From the human T2T-CHM13v2.0 reference genome, Homo sapiens, in the NCBI RefSeq assembly GCF_009914755.1, contig NC_060940.1: a stretch of 64,000 bases of DNA; one strand, written 5' to 3'. A model generated the notes under the pieces. The model saw only the letters and a program-made list of their open reading frames with translations, was not told the DNA's origin and did not search any database. This document shows, piece after piece, positions 56,401 to 64,000 of the stretch (positions within the stretch are counted from its first letter, which is position 1; each line of letters opens with the position of its first letter). The position numbers and the translations under genes are program-made.

Positions 56401-59400
56401 TGATTCCATTCGATGATGATTCCATTCGAGTCCATTCGATGATTTCATTCGAGTACATCCAATGATTCCATTCGAGTCCATTAGATGATTCCATTTGATT
56501 CCATTTGAAAATGATTCTACTAGAGTCCATTCAATGACTCCATTCGAGTCCATTCAACAGTTCCATTCGACTCCATTCGATGATTCCATTCGATTCCATT
56601 TGATGGTTCCATTCGAGTCCATTTAATCATTACAGTCGAGTCCATTTGGTGATTCCACTGGATTTCTTTTGATAATGATACCATTCAATTACATTTGATG
56701 ATGATCCCATTCAATTTCATTTGATGATGATTCCATTAGAGTCCATTCGATGATTTCATTCGAGTCCCTTCATTGATTCCATCCGATTTCATTGGATGAT
56801 GACTCCATTCGAGTCCATTCGATGATTCCACTCGATTCCATTAGATGACTCCATTGGAGTCCATTTGATTGTTCCATTCGATTCCATTCGATTCCTTTCG
56901 AAGATTATTCCATTTGAGTCCATTCGATGATGATTCCATTCCATTCCATTCGATGATTCCGTTTGATTCCATTCGATGATTCCCTTCGATTCCTTTCTTT
57001 GATGATTCCATTCCATTCCATTCAATGATTCCATTCGAATCTATTCCATGATGATTCCTTTCGATTCCATTCGCTGATGTTTCCGTTCAATTCCATTCGA
57101 TGATGATTCCATTCGATTCCATTCATTGAGGATTCCATTTGATTCCATTCAATGATGATTCCATTCTATTCCATTCAATGATTGCATTCAATTCCATTCA
57201 ATGATTATCCCCTTAGAGTAAACTCAACGATTCCATTCAATACCATTCGATGATGATTCCTTTTGAGTCCATTCAATGATTTCATTCAAGTCCATTTGAT
57301 GATTCCTTTCAATTCCATTCTATGATGATTCCATTCGAGTCCATTCGATGATTCCATTCGATTGCATTCGATGATTCCATTATATTCCATTCAACGGTGA
57401 TTCGATTCGAGTCCATTCCATGATTCCATTAGAGTACATTTAATGATTGCTTTGTTTTCAATTCGAAGATGATTACATTGGATTCCATTCTATGATACCA
57501 TTCGATTCCATTCAATGATGATTCCACTCAAATCCATTGGATGATTCCATTCGTGTCCATTCGGTGATTTCATTAGATTCCATTCGAGGATGATTCCATT
57601 CGATTCCATTCGATGATTCCATTCAATTCCATTCGATGATGATTCCATTCCAGTCCATATGATCATTCCATTTGATTTCATTCGATGATGATTCCATTCG
57701 ATTCCATTCGACGATTCCATTCTATTCCATTCAATGATGATTCCATTCGAGTCCATTCGATGATTCCATTCGAGTCCATTTAATGATTCCATTGGGTTCA
57801 ATTCAATGATGATTACATTGGATTCCGTTCTATGATTCCATTCAACTCCGTTCATTGACAATTTGATTCCATTCGATGATGATTCCATTTGAGTTCATTC
57901 GATGATTCTATTCGATTCTCTTCGATGGTGATTCAATTCTATTATATTGGATGATTCCATTCGATTCCATTTGATGTTGATTCAATTCGATTCTATTCGA
58001 TGATGATTCCATTGGATTTCACTTGATGATTCTATTCGATTCCATTCAATGATGATTCACTTCTCGTCCATTGGATGATTCCATTTCATTCCATTCGATG
58101 ATGATTCCATTCGATTCCATTCGATGATTCCATTTGATTCCATGCGACGGTGAGCAATTCGATTCAATTCCATGATGATTCTATTTGATTCAATTAGATG
58201 ATGTTTCCATTCGAATCCATTCCATGATTATTCCATTGGAATCCATTCGGCGATGATTCCATATGAGTCAATTCAATGATGATTCCATATGGGTCCGTTC
58301 GATGATAATTCCATTTGATTTCATTCGATGCTTCTATTCTATTCCAGTCGATGATGATTCCGTTGGAGTCCATACGATGATTCCATTTGATTTCATTTGA
58401 TGATGATTCCATTCGATGATGATTACATTGGATTCCATTCTATGATTCCATTCAATTCCATTCGTTGATGATTCGATTCCATTCAATGATGATTCCATTT
58501 GAGTTCATTCGATGATTCTATTCGATTCCGTTCGATGGTGATTCAATTCTATTATATTGGATGATTCCACTCGATTCCATTTGATGATTATTCCATTGGA
58601 GTCCACTTAGTGAATCCTTTAGATTCTACTCGACGATGATTCCATTCGAGTCCATTCGATGATACCATTCAATTCCATTCGTTGATGCTTCCATTCAAGT
58701 GCATTCGATGATATCATTCGATTCCATTTGATGATAATTCCATTTGATTCCATGCGATGATTCTATTCGATTCCATTCAATGATAATTCCATTCAATTCA
58801 GTGATTCCTCTGGACTCCATTTGATGATGATTCCATTCAATGATTCCATTCGATTCTATTCGAAAATGATTCCATTTGAATCCATTTGATGATGATTCCA
58901 TTAGATTCCATTTGATGATTCCATTCGATTCCATTCGACGATGATTCCATTCGATTCCGTTTGATGATTCCATTCTATTCTATTCGATGATGATTCCATT
59001 CGATTCCATTCGATGATGATTGGATTCGATTCCATTGGATGATTTCATTTGATTCCATTCGTTAATGATTTCGATCAATTCCATTCGATGATTCCATTCG
59101 ATTCCATTCGATAATGATTACATCCGAGTCCATTCGATGATTCCCTTTGAGCCTGTTCGATAATTCCATTTGAGTCCAACCAATGATTCCATTCATTTCC
59201 ATTCAATGATTCCATTCGAGTCCATTTGATCATTCCGGTAGGGTCCATTCGATGTTGATTCCATTGGAGTGCATTCGATGATTCCATTCGAGTCCATTTT
59301 AGGATTTGATTCGAGTCCTTTCGATGATTCCATTCGATTCCACTCGATGATGATTTCATTCGAGTCCATTCGACACTTCCAATCGATTCCATTTGATGAT

Positions 59401-59551
59401 TCCATTCGAGTCCAATTGATGATTCCATTCAATTCCATTCGATGATGATTCCGTACGATTCCATTCTGTGATGATTCCATGTGATTGCATTCAATGATGA
59501 TTCCTTTCGATTGCATTCGATTATGATTCATTTCGTGTTCATTCTATGGTT
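53440..59551 (+). repeat. HOR copy U10, 6112 bp, long form
   Basis: Landmarks at 53440 and 59552. 374 bp segment at 55231-55604. Confidence 0.95.
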
Positions 59552-62500
59552 CCACAGGTTTCCATTCGTGTCCATTCCATTATTCCATTCTATTCCATTT
59601 GATGATGATTCCATTCGATTCCATTCATTGGTGATTCCACTCAATTCCATTCAATGATTCCATTCCATTTCTTTCAACAATGATTCCATTAGTTTCTAAT
59701 CGATGATCCACTTGATTCCATTTGACGACGATTCCATTCTTGTCCATTCGATGATTCCATTTGATTCCATATGATGATGATTCCATTCGATTCCATACCA
59801 TGATGATTCCATTCGAGTCCATTCAATGGTGATTCCATTCAATTCCATTCGATGATTCCTTTCGATTCCATTCGATGATGATGGCATTCGATTCCTTTCA
59901 ATCATTCCCTTTGATTCCATTCCAAGGTGATTTCATTCAAGTCCATTCGATAATTGCATTCGATTCCATTCTATGATGATTCCATTCGAGTCCATTTGAT
60001 GATTCCATTCAATTCAAGTCAATGATGATTCCATTCGATTCCATTCGATGATTCCATTGGATTCCATTCGATGATGATTCCATTCAAATCCATTCGATAA
60101 TTCAATTCAAGTCCATTCGATGATGATTCCAATCGAATCCATTCAAAGATTCCATTCAGTTCCATTCGATGATTCCCTTAGTTTCCATTCGATGATTCCA
60201 CTTGATTGCATTTACGATGATTCCATTCGATTCCATGTGATGATTCCATTCAATTCTATTCAATGATGTCTCCATTTGATTCCATTCGACCATGATTGCC
60301 TTTGATTCCATTCAATGATTCCATTTGGTTCCGTTTGATGATGATTCCGTTCGATTCCATTTGATGATTCCATTTGATTCCATTGGATGAGTCCATTCGA
60401 TTACATTCGATGATTATTCCATTCGAGTGCATTAGATGATTCCATTCGAGTCCATTCGATGATTCCATTCGATTCCATTCGATGTTGATTCTGTTCAAAT
60501 CCATTCGATGATTCCACTCGATTCCATTCGTTGACTCCATTTGATCCCATTCGATGATTTCCTTTGATTCCCTTTGATGATCATTCCATTTGATTCAATT
60601 CGGTGATTTCATTTGATTCCATTCAGTGATGTTTCCACTCGACTCCATTCGATGATGATTCCATTCGACTCCATTCGATTATGATTTCATTCAATTCCAT
60701 TCGATAATGATTCCCTTCGAGTCCATTCGATGATTCCATTCGATTCCATTCAACGATGATTTGATTCGTGTCCATTCGATGATTCCATTTGATTCCACTT
60801 GATGATGATTCCATTCGAGTCCATTTGATGATTCCATTCAATTCCATACTCCGATGATTTCTTTTGAGCCCACTCAATGCTTCCACTCGATTCCATATGA
60901 TGATGACTCCATTCGATGAAATTCGATGATGATTCCATTCGCTTGCTTTCGATGATGATTCCACTTGAGTCCGTTAGAAGATTCTATTCAATTACATTCC
61001 ATGACGATTCCGTTCGAGTCCATTTGATGATTCCATTAGACTCCATTCGACGATGATTCCATTCGATGTTATTCGATGATTCCATTCGATCTCATTCGAT
61101 GATGATTCCATTCAACTCCATTCGATGTTTCCATTCGAGTTCATTCTATTATTCCATTAGATTCCATTCGATGATGATTCCATTCGATTCCATTTGATGA
61201 TTGCATTCTATTTCATTTGATGATGATTCCATTCGAGTCCACTCGATGATTCCATTCGAGTCCATTTCATGAATCCATTGGTTTCAATTCTATGATGATT
61301 ACATTGGATTCCATTCGTTGATGATTTCATTCGGTCCCATTCAATGATGATTCCATTCAATTCCTTTCAATGTTTCCATTCAATTCCATACGATGATGAT
61401 TCCATTTGATTTGATTCGACAGTGAGCCATTCGATTCAATTCCATGATGATTCTATTTGATTCAATTGGTTGACATTTCCATTCGATTCCATTCGATGAT
61501 GATTCCCTTTGATTCCGTTCAAAGATGATTCCATTCTAGCCCATTCAATCATTCCATTCGATTCTATTCAATGATGATTCCATTCATGTCGATTTGGTGA
61601 TTCCATTTGACTTCATTTGATGATGATTCCTTTCAAGTTCATTAGATGATTCCATTCGATTCCATTTGATGATGATCCCATTCGAGTCCATTCAGTGATT
61701 CCATTCGTTTCTATTCCATGATGATTCCATTCCTTTCCATTCAATGATTGCATTCGATTCCGTTTGATGATGATTTCATTCGAGTCCATTTGATGATTCC
61801 ATTTGATTCCATTCGATGATGATTCCATTCGAGTCCATTCGATGATTCTATTCGAATCCATTTGATGATTTCTTTTGATTATATTTGGTGATGATTCCAT
61901 TGGAGTCCATTCAATGATTCCATTCTATTCCAATCGATGATGATTCCATTAGAGTCCATTTAATGATTCCATTTGATTCCAGTCTCTGATGATTACATTC
62001 GAGTCCATACGATGATTCCACTCAATTCCATATGATGATGATTCCATTTGATTCCATTCGGTGATTCCATTCTATTCTATTCAATGGTGATTCCATTCGA
62101 GTACATTAGATGATTCCATTCGATTCCATTCAATGATGATTCTATTTGTGTCCCTTAGATGATTCCACATGATTCCATTAGATGATGATACTATTTGAGC
62201 CCATCCAATGATTCCCTTCGATTCCATTCGATGAGGATTCCATTCGATTCATTTCATTGGTGATTCTATTCAATTCAATTCTTTGATTCCATTCCATTCC
62301 ATTCGACAATGATTCCATTCGATTTCTTTCGATGATTCCACTCGATTCCACTTGACATTGATTCCATTCGATTCCATTCAATGATTCCATTTGATTCCAG
62401 TGGATGATGATTGCCATCGATTCCATTCGATCACTCCATTCTATTCCATTTGATGATGATTACATTCGATTCCATTTGATGATTCCATCTGATTCTATTC

Positions 62501-64000
62501 GAGGATTCCATTTGATTCCATTCGATGATGATTCCATTCGAGTCCATTCGATGATTTCATTCGAGTACATCCAATGATTCCATTCGAGTCCATTAGATGA
62601 TTCCATTTGATTCCATTTGAAAATGATTCTACTAGAGTCCATTCAATGACTCCATTCGAGTCCATTCAACAATTCCATTCGACTCCATTCGATGATTCCA
62701 TTCGATTCCATTTGATGGTTCCATTCGAGTCCATTTAATCATTACAGTCGAGTCCATTTGGTGATTCCACTGGATTTCTTTTGATAATGATACCATTCAA
62801 TTACATTTGATGATGATCCCATTCAATTTCATTTGATGATGATTCCATTAGAGTCCATTCGATGATTTCATTCGAGTCCCTTCATTGATTCCATCCGATT
62901 TCATTGGATGATGACTCCATTCGAGTCCATTCGATGATTCCACTCGATTCCATTAGATGACTCCATTGGAGTCCATTTGATTGTTCCATTCGATTCCATT
63001 CGATTCCTTTCGAAGATTATTCCATTTGAGTCCATTCGATGATGATTCCATTCCATTCCATTCGATGATTCCGTTTGATTCCATTCGATGATTCCCTTCG
63101 ATTCCTTTCTTTGATGATTCCATTCCATTCCATTCAATGATTCCATTCGAATCTATTCCATGATGATTCCTTTCGATTCCATTCGCTGATGTTTCCGTTC
63201 AATTCCATTCGATGATGATTCCATTCGATTCCATTCATTGAGGATTCCATTTGATTCCATTCAATGATGATTCCATTCTATTCCATTCAATGATTGCATT
63301 CAATTCCATTCAATGATTATCCCATTAGAGTAAACTCAACGATTCCATTCAATACCATTCGATGATGATTCCTTTTGAGTCCATTCAATGATTTCATTCA
63401 AGTCCATTTGATGATTCCTTTCAATTCCATTCTATGATGATTCCATTCGAGTCCATTCGATGATTCCATTCGATTGCATTCGATGATTCCATTATATTCC
63501 ATTCAACGGTGATTCCATTCGAGTCCATTCCATGATTCCATTAGAGTACATTTAATGATTGCTTTGTTTTCAATTCGAAGATGATTACATTGGATTCCAT
63601 TCTATGATACCATTCGATTCCATTCAATGATGATTCCACTCAAATCCATTGGATGATTCCATTCGTGTCCATTCGGTGATTTCATTAGATTCCATTCGAG
63701 GATGATTCCATTCGATTCCATTCGATGATTCCATTCAATTCCATTCGATGATGATTCCATTCCATTCCATATGATCATTCCATTTGATTTCATTCGATGA
63801 TGATTCCATTCGATTCCATTCGACGATTCCATTCTATTCCATTCGATGATGATTCCATTCGAGTCCATTCGATGATTCCATTCGAGTCCATTTAATGATT
63901 CCATTGGGTTCAATTCAATGATGATTACATTGGATTCCGTTCTATGATTCCATTCAATTCCGTTCATTGACAATTTGATTCCATTCGATGATGATTCCAT
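59552..64000 (+). repeat. HOR copy U11, long form, truncated by the window end
   Basis: Landmark at 59552. 374 bp segment at 61343-61716. Marker ORFs are offset exactly 6112 bp from U10 (57490 vs 63602). Confidence 0.93.

Larger units (their letters stand above)
1..64000 (+). repeat. Human satellite 2 (HSATII/HSat2) pericentromeric array, CATTC strand on +; probably HSat2B with ~6.1 kb HOR
   Basis: The entire window is built from ATTCCATTCG, ATGATTCCATTCG and ATGATGATTCCATTCG blocks, with GAGTCCATTCG variants. These form the 23/26 bp monomers typical of HSat2 rather than the long (CATTC)n runs of HSat3. No orientation switch or non-satellite insert was seen. The HSat2B/chr16 assignment rests on my recollection of a ~6.1 kb period for that array and is less certain than the HSat2 call. 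Confidence 0.97.

Noticed and set aside
297-64000. Over 100 minus-strand ORFs of 60-132 aa (MESSSNGIEWNHRM-type)
   Set aside because: They are translations of the (GAATG/ATCATC) repeat. They overlap in several frames, are low-complexity, recur with the HOR period and are freely broken by SNPs and indels (e.g. 38518, 39199, and the ORF missing at ~50236). No recognisable domain.
1-64000. CRISPR-like array of 23-26 bp repeats
   Set aside because: No unique spacers, the repeats are degenerate and abutting, and there are no cas genes or leader. This is eukaryotic satellite DNA.
1-64000. HSat3 or alpha-satellite/CENP-B boxes
   Set aside because: Pure CATTC runs are limited to about three copies (e.g. 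~2698-2714), and GATGAT/TCGA motifs dominate. I saw no regular 171 bp monomer or CENP-B box. The 170 bp indel in U1 is explained by 23/26 bp monomers.
1-64000. Inversions or L1/Alu insertions interrupting the array
   Set aside because: Looked for and not seen. Landmark spacing is fully accounted for by the listed indels, and the CATTC strand stays on + throughout.
1-64000. A previously undescribed gene-based biological system
   Set aside because: Nothing in the window supports coding or structured-RNA genes. Any novelty is limited to HOR variant architecture and possible transcription-factor binding periodicity.

Overview
The whole 64 kb window is one uninterrupted, single-orientation array of classical satellite 2 (HSATII/HSat2; CATTC-derived, with TCGA and GATGAT-rich ~23/26 bp monomers). 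I see no genes, RNA genes, transposon insertions or CRISPR arrays. All ORFs in the track are on the GAATG strand and are translations of the repeat. Spacing of the unique landmark CCACAGGTTTCC (208, 6064, 11801, 17913, 23651, 29389, 35501, 41216, 47328, 53440, 59552) gives higher-order repeat (HOR) units of 5856, 5737, 6112, 5738, 5738, 6112, 5715, 6112, 6112 and 6112 bp, plus a partial unit. A ~6.1 kb period matches what I recall for the HSat2B array of human chromosome 16q11.2; that placement is an inference I cannot check here. Two structural variants are interleaved: a 6112 bp long form (L) and a 5738 bp short form (S) with the same 374 bp deletion. The order is divergent-S-L-S-S-L-S-L-L-L-L(partial). 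The first ~7 kb is more divergent than the rest. Shared SNPs point to 1-, 2- and 3-unit duplications and mosaic exchange between copies. One exact DUX4 consensus site is kept in every complete HOR copy. I did not find a new protein-coding or defence system. The interesting content is array architecture, its recent evolution and a possible periodic transcription-factor binding platform.
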